This document shows positions 48,994 to 61,100 of a stretch of 64,000 bases of DNA, in pieces. Under the pieces are notes generated by a model, which made no database searches, was not told the DNA's origin, and saw nothing but the letters and a program-made list of their open reading frames with translations. Source of the DNA: Marsupella aquatica (taxonomy: Eukaryota > Plantae > Marchantiophyta). The stretch is from the NCBI GenBank assembly GCA_973895155.1, contig OZ316899.1, positions 5,893,241 to 5,957,240 of the forward strand, written 5' to 3'. Each line of letters starts with the position of its first letter. Position 1 is the first letter of the stretch. Position numbers and translations under genes: made by a program.

Positions 48994-51900
48994 TGTCACG
49001 TCGTAGGCTTCGGTCTTAACTCAGACTTCAGCTTAGACGGGCACATCCCTCGTAAATCTGAGGGTTCGGGCAGGAAGGGAAGCACGTAATGCACCTTATT
49101 CTCGTAAACTAGCGCTAAGTGCGCATACTGCTAAATACAGACACCTCCTAGGTATGGTTTGTGTTCCGCCGCCGGAACGTACCTTAGTCGATAGCAGGAT
49201 CGACCCCGGCTTAAGGGCTTCTAAGCCTTCGTGCTGTCCGCCTTCGATCCGGATTCGATGATACAGGTCCTCAACCCGTGCTCGCAACCACTTACCCGCA
49301 GGCTGCACCCTGTGCACGTCTCGGGTAGTGCGTTCGGCCCGGCGCTGCCACCCATATATGAGAAACCCACACACATATGCGCACACATGCATACAATCTC
49401 GATTTACACGAAGGAAAAATGATGGGAAAGGATTTTACTACAAAGGGAACATATGCGTACACTTAGTTGACACGACAGCCCTGGAATGCACAGGTTCAAG
49501 GCCGAGGGTGCACACTACAACGGAGCCCGGCTCCGCACTCGCCCGGCGAGCTTAGTCCTACCCCCTCCCCTTGGTACTCTGTCATTCCCAGAGGTCGGGA
49601 CTCCCCGCATGTCCCGCGGATGTTCGACTCTGAAACTAAAAACCCCCCCCCTTGCCTCTACCGAGGGGTGCACTAAATACTAAGAGCCGAGGAACGGGGT
49701 GTCCTCTCGCCAAAGATTCGCTGACTAAGGTCCTAACTAAGCTGACAGTCAGGCCGGAAAACGGCTGTGTCTTATTAGAAGATCCTAATCTACGCAGGCT
49801 GGACAGCAGGGCAGCGCTGCTGTACCTAAGGCAGGTGCCTGTCCCAAGAGCCTGACTAAGCCAATCCTAATCCTAATCTATTCCTACTCCGCCGCTAATG
49901 CCTGGCACGCTTGCCAGAGCCGCCCGAATGGGAACGGCCATCCCGCTGCCTTCGAAGCCTGTCATTGTCCGCTTTGAGGAGCTGGACCTGGTCCAGCAGA
50001 GATTCGTTCTCTCGCCTCGCCGCGTCCGTCTCCTCTGCTGCCTCCTGACATGCCTCCTCCAGCTGCTGGGCGTCGCTCGTCAGTTTACTCGCCAGCTGGT
50101 CCTGCTTCTCGGCCTCGGTTTGGAGCCGCGCCATCTCGGCCTGCAGCGTGGCTATCTCCGTCACGTCCCGCTGGGCTCGCTCCTCGGCCTCCTCCAGGTC
50201 TTTCTGCCAGGTGACAGCTTGTTTCTTCAAACTGTCAATCTGGTTCCGGAGTCGTGTAATCTCGGCCTCGTTCCCAGCTTTGGCCTGTTCGGCTAGGGCG
50301 GTAAGAGCGTACGCCTTTGCTAACAACTCATCGGCGGCTGCAACCTTGGGTCGTAGTTGCAGAAGCTCAGCCTCTTGAGCTGCCACTTCGTTCTTTAGGT
50401 ACACGGACTCCACCCGGTACCGCTCTATCCTCTGAAGGGCCTCCGACTGGGCCCGACCTGCCTTTACGGCGGCAACCAACTCCTGATTGAAGAAACAGGC
50501 TACCTTTCGGGCCATGAACTCCCCGGTATCCCGGGCAACTTGATGAGAGAAATCTCCTAGAAGCCCGTTCAGAAACGTACCCTGTACGAAGAGTTCCGGG
50601 TGGTCCAAGTTGTGCCTGTCCGGATTTGGGCACGGGCAGACATCAACACGCGCAGGGGCCGGGGCAGTGACGTCCAGCCCTGGGGACATAACGTTGGAAG
50701 GGGCTGGAGTGTCCTCCTGCAGCGATGTCCGGTTCTCCGGAATTGCCACCGGCGGGTCCTTGGGAGACCCGGGTTCGGGTAAGACCTCTGCCGTACCAAC
50801 TTCTATACTTAGCCCGGCTAGTTGGGTCGCATCAACGGTTGCGACGACCGACCCCTCCGGCGCCTCCTCGGTTATGATTACAGCTATTTGTGGAGGTGGG
50901 GTGGGTGAAGCTGGCGTGTCCACTGGACTTCGGGCCTCGGGTTGGGGCCGTCTCTCCAATGCCAGAAAAACCCACCTAGCTGGGACCAGCTTTGTAACGT
51001 TGATGCGGGGAAGGGTTCGTCGATCAAACCGGGCGTACCACTCAAGAATGATTTCGATATGGCTAGCGAAATACGCCTTCCCGCCAATGTATAGTGTCTT
51101 CCTTCGCCGCTCCATCTCTTCATGGAATTTCTTAGCGAAGTACGACGCCCATTTCCTAGGTCGATAGTTCTCGACCTGGATAACCTGGGCGGCGGAGATC
51201 TCCCCCCGGGGTTCCATCATGTGGAGAGCGTACCTCTGGAACTCCAGCCGCTCAGCTATCTCGGGCATGAGGCAGGTCTTCATCACGAACCCGTTGTCTA
51301 CTGATCCCTCTGAGGGAAAACTTGAAGATTGGTACTTGGCCCCCTTGCCCCCGGGAGCCCGTGATTCGACTCGATGGTCACCTTCGGGTAACCCGAAGAT
51401 CATCTTGAGCCGTTCTTCTGTGAGGGACATATTCCTTCCCCGCAGCCGAGTCTGTTGACGTACGTCGTCATAATTCTTGACGAATTCTGTCATGTCCTCC
51501 CCGTAGTACCTGCAAGTGTTCCAGGGGAGAGAGGTGAGGTGCTCAAATCCCTGAGTCTTCAGGTACACCGCATGCTTGGGATGGAGGATGTTGCTATGAA
51601 CGTTTTCCCCCATGCAATGCATCGTCACCTTGGCTACGGCTACCGTGGCCAACGGTAACCCGGATGCAATGGCGGATTCCTTCCTCTTCTTTCCCCGTGA
51701 CTGACTCGAGGAAGGTGATACTTCCCCATCCTCCCGATCGGGCCTGGGGAGTGCCACTGCGGTTGGTAACGGGCCCGGGGCGGCCACGGTCACTATGTTG
51801 TCTGCTGGGGCCGCTCCTGGGGTCAGAGCAGGGGGTGGGGACGATATAGTGTCGGCCCCCCGCGCGCTTGTTCCTCTGGGCCGCCTGGTCAAGGGTGGGG

Positions 51901-53003
51901 TAGCCTCGTCGTCATCGCTAAGATCCACAGCGTTGATGACGGAGCGTACCTGTGCTGGCTGGGTGATAGGTGGTGGGGTTTGGCTAGGCTGAGGCTGAAG
52001 CTGAAGTTGAGGCTGGGGTTGCATGGGCACGGGTACGGGTACGGGTACAGGTCCGGCTGAGTTGGTCATGTTGGTTGATGGCCGAGTTCCCATGAAGCTC
52101 TGCAGGTGCTGGTAGAAGTTCTCCGAAGCGAGTGCGGACGCCCTTGTCGAACGGTTGGTACTGGACTCGCCGTTAATGACAGCTCGAACCTGGGCAGGGA
52201 TGTGGTCGAAGTGATGTCGCTGCAGGTCGATTATACCCGGGATATTGAAGACCTCGTCCGGAAGCCGAAGCAATGCTTCCCAGAACCCGATATATTTGTC
52301 TCCGTTGAAGAAGTACCCAGATACCTCAGCTGGTCGGTAAAGCTCGCTCTGAGACGGGTAGTCAAAGTTAAGGACGTAGTGGTGTCGTCCTGCTAGGCGG
52401 ATGGCTCTCTCATATTCGCGTTCGATCTCGTATTGGCGCGGGTTGGCGTGTTTCAATGAATCGGCCAAGTGCCTTCCGGTAGATAGGAACTGCGTCCAGA
52501 ATCGAATGGCCGAGCTGGAGAGGATCGTGTGCGACATTCAGAGGAGATAGTAGTGGCGACCTAGAGAGAACGAGAGAGCTGGGGTCGAAGCTGGCGCGCG
52601 GACTGATGGACTGGTGCACTACAAAGGGTTGGCTCCCCTTTTATACTTTGAGGGCTTGTCGATCCCCGACGTCTCCTCGACGCCCATAGGTTGAACCGCT
52701 CACGCTTGTGGTGTACCGGCCACTCCACCGGTCTGAGTCAGCGTGCGTCAGTGGCCGCTTCCTTAAGTTCGTTATACGGACCCGAGGGAGGGGCCCCTCC
52801 ACGCTCGTAACCCGGGTGTGCGAATAGCGACCCGCCGCCAGCCCGAACCTGAAGTCCCCCTTATTGCCTAATGATGTCCTACCCCTAATGATTACCTAAA
52901 TACTGTCGTTATGCTAATAATAGCGGCCTAAGACCCACCTAACGCGCGTGCCGAGCGCAGTTAGACTGAATCACTCATTAACCGCCGTACCGGCAGCGTC
53001 ACA
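48994..53003 (-). mobile_element. Solo giant LTR (4010 bp) with an intact internal gene
   Basis: TGTCACG...CGTCACA flanked by perfect 5-bp TSD GAGAA (48989-48993 and 53004-53008); no gag-pol on either side. Confidence 0.95.
49895..52537 (-). CDS. LTR-encoded 880-aa protein: plant-transposon (Athila-ORF/Transposase_32-like) central domain, NLS-like and SIM-like motifs, C-terminal coiled coil
   Basis: Open ATG-to-TAG frame lying wholly within the solo LTR. Central segment GFEHLTSLPW..EDMTEFVKNY..RLRGRNMSLTEERLKMIFGLP; RGKKRKE; AVDLSDDDE; heptad-rich last ~160 aa. Family assignment by eye only. Confidence 0.88.
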   Translation of the reverse strand: MSHTILSSSAIRFWTQFLSTGRHLADSLKHANPRQYEIEREYERAIRLAGRHHYVLNFDYPSQSELYRPAEVSGYFFNGDKYIGFWEALLRLPDEVFNIPGIIDLQRHHFDHIPAQVRAVINGESSTNRSTRASALASENFYQHLQSFMGTRPSTNMTNSAGPVPVPVPVPMQPQPQLQLQPQPSQTPPPITQPAQVRSVINAVDLSDDDEATPPLTRRPRGTSARGADTISSPPPALTPGAAPADNIVTVAAPGPLPTAVALPRPDREDGEVSPSSSQSRGKKRKESAIASGLPLATVAVAKVTMHCMGENVHSNILHPKHAVYLKTQGFEHLTSLPWNTCRYYGEDMTEFVKNYDDVRQQTRLRGRNMSLTEERLKMIFGLPEGDHRVESRAPGGKGAKYQSSSFPSEGSVDNGFVMKTCLMPEIAERLEFQRYALHMMEPRGEISAAQVIQVENYRPRKWASYFAKKFHEEMERRRKTLYIGGKAYFASHIEIILEWYARFDRRTLPRINVTKLVPARWVFLALERRPQPEARSPVDTPASPTPPPQIAVIITEEAPEGSVVATVDATQLAGLSIEVGTAEVLPEPGSPKDPPVAIPENRTSLQEDTPAPSNVMSPGLDVTAPAPARVDVCPCPNPDRHNLDHPELFVQGTFLNGLLGDFSHQVARDTGEFMARKVACFFNQELVAAVKAGRAQSEALQRIERYRVESVYLKNEVAAQEAELLQLRPKVAAADELLAKAYALTALAEQAKAGNEAEITRLRNQIDSLKKQAVTWQKDLEEAEERAQRDVTEIATLQAEMARLQTEAEKQDQLASKLTSDAQQLEEACQEAAEETDAARRENESLLDQVQLLKADNDRLRRQRDGRSHSGGSGKRARH

Positions 53004-53738
53004 GAGAAGCTAAGAGGATACCATAGGGGCAAGAGACAACTTGGAAGTAGGATGATTGCCTTGAAGGTTGGGAGGGGGAGACGAGGCCGGGGTCCTGGTA
53101 TGCAGTATCCTTCACGGATATTGGGTCCCCATGAAAGTTTCAAGTCTCTTGCAACAGTGTGGCCCAGTCGGCATTCAATATACTTAGTTAGGGGTCTGTC
53201 AAGCTTGAATGATTTGGGGTTTTGAAAATACTCATCTATTTTGTGGGTTGGATGCAGATGATTAAGGGGGTTGGAATTTTTTGCGCAACATGAGAACTCT
53301 GGGGGAGAGATCAGAGGCAAATTGTGAGCGATATGCTAAGAACAAGGATGTCATAAATGCAAGGCATCACCAACAATATGCCCAACAAAGATTGCAAGTG
53401 GCAAATGGTGTGCCCCAGGTCCATGCCGCACCGGAACAAAGTGTCTCACCTAGTGTGGGGCCCTCAAATCCAGCAGTAGTTCCCACACCATGTGTGCCAA
53501 CTGTGGTAGAAGAACCAAGCGCCATTAGTGGGAGACAATTGCGACGGGAAGCAAGGGTTGTACAAGGGGCATCAACAACATCATTGGCCGCCATTGAGGA
53601 GACAACTTTGGGACCTACCGCAGTGCCTGGTCCTGCAAGTAGTGTGAGACAATTGCTTCGTGAAGCAAGAGCAATGCACCAGGCATCGGCCAGTTCCATG
53701 GCCATCGCGGCCAGTCGAGAAGGTGCCCCAAGTGCCTT

Positions 53739-55037
53739 AGTTGCAGAACACAGCTACCTTAACACTTAGCTCCAACGTCGTTGACTCAACGCCGAGCTCC
53801 CTTATGGTCCAGGTCCGAATAGACCATTTGGGGAGGACTTAGCATGGGGAAACTTGTGGGCAATGGGAAGTGGCGCTATCAAAGGCAAGGCGCCAAGCTG
53901 GTGTCACGCACTAAGGCATTAGACTAGCTGAGAGCTGGTCGGGTCAAGGGGAAAAGGGCCAGGCTCAAAGTTGACCATCTGGACCCCCGAACGGACTTTG
54001 AGTTTTGAGGGCTTGAGTGAGAGCTCCTCTTGGGCCCAAGGCCAATGAAGTTGACGCCATGGGCAACGGACGTTTGGGGCGCAAGTTATGGCCCAATCCG
54101 GGTTGGGCCGATTGGGGGCCCCAAGCGCCAATGAGATCTGAGGTCCTAGGCATGAGCACTGGGTCGGCCCAATCACAATGGGCTAAGGCACTCCGCTTGC
54201 GGATGCCTAACTAGGAAGTTATGGGCGTTGCTAGTTGGGGGGATGTTTCCGTTGGAGGATTTCTTGGGTGCATTGGAAAGCTATCAAGGAGGGATACATC
54301 CTCCTGAGCTTAGTTGGGTCTAGGGGCACCGTAGGTTCTTGAGGTTTGCGGGTACTATCTTGCCCGCTTGCCAAATCCTGCTGAAATAGCAGCCAAACTG
54401 CGTTCAGTCTCTCAAGGGAATTTGCGTTGGGAGGCAAAGCCAAGTAGGCGCGGAGGTTGAGTTCCAAGGGCACTTGGCCCCTAGACCATCAGTGGGGCAA
54501 GAACCGGGAGTTAGTTGCTAAAGTCGGGGCCATTATGGTTCCGACGTGTAGGGACAAGCTTAGGACAAGCTTTAGGACAAGCTATACTACTTGGGCCATG
54601 AGCATGTCCTGGGGTCAGGGCGGTCAGTTGGTGATGGATAGGTACGAGGGGGAACCCGGGCCACGTCCAAGGAAGGAGCTGTTATGGATGAACAATGGGC
54701 GTCGGTTCTGGTTCCGGCTTATGGCATAAGGAGGACCTATCGTTGACCTACTTATCAATGTGTGTTGAGCTTGAGTTAGCATACTAGACTTGGGGAGATC
54801 TAGATCCTGAAAGGTTACTTACCAAGACGCTTGGTTGCTTGTGCAGATAGTGAGGACCATTGAGTAGCGGTCATGTTGGAGAGCAAGTGCAGCTTTGTAT
54901 GGGAGGGGCCGCTCATGGTGCAAGGGGCACTAGGTTGCTTGCTTGACAAGGTATTTTGTGGAGGTGTTCGGGCACCGGGGGCACTTAGGCATGGGTGTTG
55001 GGATTGGTGAGGGCGTTGGGTGGCAGGGTCCACCACT
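53739..55037 (+). mobile_element. Chromovirus solo LTR (1299 bp, internal deletion)
   Basis: AGTTGCAG...CCACCACT with TSD GCCTT/ACCTT (one mismatch). Confidence 0.87.
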
Positions 55038-55150
55038 ACCTTGGACGCATGTGTGATTGACCACCCTTTGCAGCAATTTGTTCTTACCCCTCCACGTGAG
55101 CCCATACCCAACAATGAGCCCAAAGATCCCAATGTCTTTGATGAGGATTG

Positions 55151-58100
55151 AGTGGTGGACCTTGCCACCCAGCGCCTTCACCAATCCCAACACCCACGCC
55201 TAAGTGCCCCTAGTGCCAGAATGCCTCCACAGAATACTTTGAGCAAGTAACCTAGTGCCCCTTGCACCAACCCACGGCCCCTTCTATACGAAGCCGCACT
55301 TGCTCACCAACCCGACCGCTACTCAACAGTCCTCACTGCCTGCACAAGAAACCAAGCATCTCGGTAAGTAATTCTTCAGGATCTAGAACTTGCCAAGTCT
55401 AGCATCCTAGCTCAAGTTCAACGGACGTTGGTAAATAGGTCAGCGATAGGTCCTCCCAATGCCATAAGCTCGGCTACTGTTCGGCAGGATTTGGCAAGCG
55501 GACGAGCTAACACCCGCAAACCTTGAGAACCCATGGCACCCCCAAACCCAGATAAGCTCAGGAGGACGTAGCCCTCCTTGAGAGCTTTCTAACGCACCCA
55601 AGAAGTCCTCCAACGGACTTCCGTTGGGAAGATATTGCCGTTTCCGTTTGACGCTTTCCCTTAGTGTCGCGACCGCCGCGGCTCACGACTTCAGCTCGTC
55701 TTTGGCCCCCAGGGAGACACCACTCCCCTCATATATGCTTTTGGAGACCTGCCACCCCCGGACCAACTTTGGTCCCTAAACTTTTGGCCTCCAACCCGGA
55801 ACCTATCGCGCATACTGGGCGCACCATTAACTGGCAATGCCCATAACTTTCTCGTTAGGCGTCCGCAAGCGGAGTGCCTTAGCCCGTTGTGATCAGGCCG
55901 ACCCAGTGCTCATGCCTAGGCCCTCAAGTCTCATTGCCGCTCAGGGTCCCCAATTGGCCAAACCCGGATCGGGCCATAACTCACACCCCAAGCGTCCGTT
56001 GCCCATGGCGTCAACTCCATTGGCCTTGGGCCCAAGAGGAACTCACACTCAAGCCCTCAAAACTCAAAGTCCGTCCAGGGGTCCGGACGGTCGCCCTTGA
56101 GCCCAACCCCTTTTCCCCTTGACCCGACCAGCTCTCAGCTAGCCTAAGTCCTTAGTGTGTGTCACCAGCTTGGCTTGTTGCCTTCGCTAGTGCCACGTCT
56201 CATTGCCCACGAGTCTCCCCATGCTAAGTCCTCCCCGAATGGCCTATTCGGGCCTAGACCATAAGGGAGCTTGGCATCGAAGTCAACGACACCGAAGCTA
56301 AGTGTTAAGGTAGTTGAGTTCCGCGACTTGCACCGCCCTTAAAAATGGTCACGTCCGCGTGACCTCTGTAAACTTTCAAGCACGCCTAGACCAATTTAGC
56401 TCTTACAAATTTTATGAGGTAACAAATGGTTTGCCCATAAGGCTGATGCAAACCAGGTTGGTGTGCACATTCCAGACTTAGGAAATTCCAACCTATCCCA
56501 CTTATCCAAGTAGGATGCCAGACCAAGCGGTTAAGCTAACTCCAAACTTGTCGGACCCATTGTCCTCCCCTTGGGGTACTCCCCTTTGGTTTGAACCAGC
56601 CCGCCCACAAATGTAAGGCGGGCACCATCAACTTTCACTCGCGAAAAGCAAATCGGCCGCCTAACAACCTCTAGCACCAACACAATCTGACTTTATCCTT
56701 AAGAGGCCGAGAGGAGTGTAACTAGGATACAACTCACAAAGGTAGCTACAGTTGCCTGTACCAGTTCACAACGGCGATAGGCCGCTTTGCTTACAATAGC
56801 TTCCAAGGATCTCTGAGGCATTACCCAAATTTTCTTCTGGTTCCCAAGTACTCTCAGCCTAATCATAGCCAGCCCACTTCACAAAATACTCTAAGATTTG
56901 CCTTCCAAACTTGCGTTTGTAACGGTGGTCCAAAATTGCCTCCACCTCAAACTCCTCTGCGTCCTCCATCAGCATGGCATCCGGACGTAGGACCTGATCC
57001 CGGTTGGGTCATTGTCTTTGACAAATTTCTTGAGCCGGCTAACATGGTAGCTTTTGCCCACGCCCATTTCTTTGGGTGTCTCCAATGCCACCAAAACCGG
57101 ATTACCCTTGTGGGCCCATCGTATGATGCAATAGGGCCACGTATCTGGGAGCCAGCTTCCTACTTACGTTCCCGCAGTATTGCTCAGGTCTCAATTGCAA
57201 CCACACGCTCTCCCCAATTTCAAAGCTTACTTGGCGTCGATGTTAATCCCCTTGCTCCTTGTACTGACTTTGGGCAAGGGTCATACCCTTGGTAGCCGCT
57301 TCCACAACTAGGCGTCGCTCTCAAATAAAATTGTCGGCAGAAGGAACCTTGTTTTTTGTCTGCCAAGCTTCTGGATTTATGAACCAGGAGGGCCCCCTTG
57401 GCATCCTCCCTGTGGCCAACACAAATAGCGCAAACCCTGTCGCCAAATGCTTGGTCGAGTTATACCTAAACTCGGCCATAGTTAAGTGCTTTGCCCAATC
57501 CTTTTGATTGGCCGTCACAAAGTGACGCAAGTAGTCCTCCACGATACCATTCACCCATTCTGTTTGGCCATCTGTCTCGTGATGATACGCTGATCCCCTA
57601 GTAAGGTCCCTTCCTGATAACCTGAACAATGCCTTCCAAAAATGGCCCGTGAACTTGGTATCGCGATCAAAAAGGATATGCAACACTAGACCAGCAACCT
57701 CTCGGGCCGAAACCATTTTTGTAGTCGGCAAGAAATATGTCATCTTGGAAAAATGATCCATGATTGTTAAGATGGAGTTACTGCCGTGGGACTTGGGTGA
57801 TCCAACAATGAAGTCCATGGAGATGGACTCCCATGGAGCTGCAGCTACTCGTAAGGGTTGAAGAAGTCCTCCTTTTGCCCTATAGATTGTTTGGTTCTTT
57901 TGGTACAAGTAACAACTTTGCACATGGCGAAGGACCAATTGCTTCATGTTCGGCCAATACACATCTCGCGACATACTGCAATACATAGCAGCTTGTCCAC
58001 CATGCCCTCCCCAGGGTGAGTCATGGTACTTTTGCAGAACCTCTAACCTTAGGGACTCTAGGATGTACACACGCCTTTGCTTGTATTGCCATAAGTGGAC

Positions 58101-61100
58101 ATTATGCGCGGTATCTAACCCTAACAAAACGTGCCTTACCTTGCCTTGGCTACCCCCATTGCTTTGCCATTCCTTACCTAACCTGTCATCCCCATATGCC
58201 TTGGCTAGAACCTTTGGCCACTCGGATTTGAGCATCGTGATCCCATTAACACAATGATGGTCCTTATGCGATAACGCGTCAGCTGCCGTGTTTGTCTTCC
58301 CCGGAACGTGACGGACTTTGAAATTGAAATCCGCCAAGAACATCTGCCAGCGTATTTCCTTGGGGTTCAGTCTTGGCTTAGAACTGAAGTACTCGGCTGG
58401 CGAGCTATCTGTGTGTATTACCACTTTGGGACCGTTCTTAAGGTAAATCTCCCACTTCTTCAACGCATAGATTACAGCATACATTTCCCTTTCCAGTGTG
58501 ATCCAATGATTTTTCAACTTACATGACTCAAAGGCCATAGGACGCCCATCTTGGTGAAGACAGGCGCCAATGGCATAATCACTTGCGTCTGTCCAAATCT
58601 TGAACGGCTTCCCCATCTCAGGTAACTTTAGAACCGACGGCATTATCATTAGCCGCTTAAGTTCTAGGAATGCTAACTCGCAATCCTGTGTCCACACAAA
58701 CACTTTGTTTTTCAACATTAGCGCGTTTAGGGGCCTCGCGATCCTTGCATAGTCTTTCATGTATCTCTGATAGAACCCCATAAATCCTAAGAAGGCTCTA
58801 ACCTGCCTTACATTGGATGGGCGCTCCCATTCTTTGATCTCCTTAAGCTTGTCTTGACTAGGCGTAATCCCCTCTGGGGTAAAGGTATGGCCGAGGAATT
58901 GAATCTTGTTCATCGCAAACTCGCACTTACTAGGTTTAGCAAAGAGACGAGCCTTATGAAGGCGAGAGAACACTTCTCTGAGCAACTGCTCATGGTCCTC
59001 CAATCTTTTCGAGTAGATTAGGATATCGTCAATAAAGACGACCACTCCTTGGTCCAACAAGTCATGAAAGATGGTATTCATCATCTTCATGAACGTTGCG
59101 GTTGCATTACACAACCCGAACGGCATAACCAAAAATTTGTAGGATCCAAACCTTTGCGCATCACAGTCTTATACTTGTCTCCCTTAGCCATGCGGATTTA
59201 GTAATACCTAGACCGCAAGTTCACCTTTGAAAACTTCTTAGCCCCGGAGAGGCAATCCAAGAGGTCAACCATATGAGGTAACAGGTACTTGTTCTTTATT
59301 GTCTGCTTATTGAGGGCCCGATAATCTGCCCACAATCTCAAAGTACCATCCTTTTTGGACACAAACAGCGCGGGCGCCCCATAAGGACTCTTACTAGGAC
59401 GAATGAACCCTTGGTCGATCAACTCTTCCAAGGTGTTCTTCAACATCATTCGTTTGTTCAAGTTCAGATGATAAGGAGCTTTAGCCTGAGGAGCCGAACT
59501 TGGCTCCAACTCAACTTGATGATCCACTTCTCTCCACGGGGGTAAGCCTTTAGGTAGCTTTTGCGAGAGTACGTCATTGAATTCCTCTAAAATTTCAGGA
59601 ATTTGACCGCAATCGGGCCCGACCTTAGCTGACTTAACCTTTGGCTGCAAAGCAGCCTCCTTAATTGGGTGGAGATGAAAGAAGAAACATTCATGTCCAC
59701 CCTTGAAGTCAGTGGTGGACCTGGCCACCCAGCACCCTCACCAATCCGAGCACTTATGCCTAAGTGCCCCTAGTGCCCGAACGCCTCCACGAAATACCTT
59801 GAGCAAGTAAACTAGTGCCCCTTGCACCGCCAGCGGCCCCTCCCATACGAAGCCGCACTTGCTCTCTAACATGACCGCTACTCAACGATCCTCACTATCT
59901 ACACAAGCAACCAAACACCTCGGTAAGTAACCCTTCAGGATCTAGAACTTGCCAAGTCTAGCATCCTAACTCAAGCTCAACAGACGTTGGTAAATAGGTC
60001 AGTGATAGGTCCTCCCGATGCCATAAGCCAGAACCAGAACCCACGCCCACTGTTCGTCCTAAACAGCTCCTTCCTTGGGTGCGGCCCGGGTTCCCCCTCG
60101 TACCTATCCATCACCAACTGACCGCCCTGACCTCAGGACATGCTCATGGCCCAAATAACATAGCTTGTCCTAAAGCTTGTCCCAATACGTCGGGACCAGA
60201 ATGGCCCCGACTCCCGAATCCAACCCACAATTTGCACTACTGATGGTCTAGGGGCCGAACTCTCTTGGGGCTCCACCTCCATACCTACTTGGCATTGCCT
60301 CCCCAACGCAAGCTCCCTTGGGAGACAGAACGCGGCTTGGCTGCTGTTCGGCGGGATTTGGCAAGCGAGCGAGCTAACACCCGCAAACCCCAAGAACCCA
60401 AGGTACCTCCAGACCCAGTTGAGCTCAAGAGGGCGTAGTCCTCCTCAAGAACTTTCCAATGCACCCAAGAAGTCTTCCAACAGACTTCCCGTTGGGAAGA
60501 TATCCTCATTTCCGTTTGGCGGTTTCCCTTAGTGTCGCGACCGCCGCGGCTCACGACTTTGGCTCGCCCTTAGACCCCAGGGAGACACCACTCCCCTCAT
60601 ATATGCTTCTAGAGACCTGCAACCCCCGGACCAGATTTGGTCCCTAAACATTTGGCCACCAACCCGGATCCCATCGCGCATCATGGGTGCGCCACCAACT
60701 GGCAATGCCCATAACTTTCTTGATAGGTATCCGCAAGCGGAGTGCCTTAGCCCATTGTCATCGGGTCGACCCAGTGCTCATGCCTAGGCCCTCAGGTCTG
60801 ATCGCCGCTTGGGGCCCCTGACTGGCCTAACCCGGATCGGGCCACAACTTGCGCCCCAAGCGTCTGTTGCCAATGGCTTCAACTCCACTGGCCCTGGGCC
60901 CAAGAGGAGCTCACACTCAAGCCCTCAGAACTCAAAGTCCATCCGGAGGTCCGGATGACCATCCTTGAGCCCGGCCCATTTCCCCTTGACCCAACCAAGT
61001 CCTTAGTGTGTGCCCCCAGCTTGGCTCCTTGCTTTGCTAGTGCCACGTCTCATTGCCCACAAGTCTCTCCATGCTAAGTCCTCCCCGGATGGCCTATCCA

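Larger units (their letters stand above)
47247..55150 (+). mobile_element. Possible Helitron-like 5' region hosting the giant solo LTR and chromovirus insertions
   Basis: A|TCTACACACTATAAT start in AT-rich DNA, internal direct repeats (47430-47610, 48350-48535) and a low-complexity ORF 53281-53738. No Rep/helicase or CTRR end seen. Confidence 0.3.

Noticed and set aside
49895-52537. Retroviral env gene
   Set aside because: No signal peptide or transmembrane segment is evident, and it lies inside the LTR rather than between pol and the PPT.
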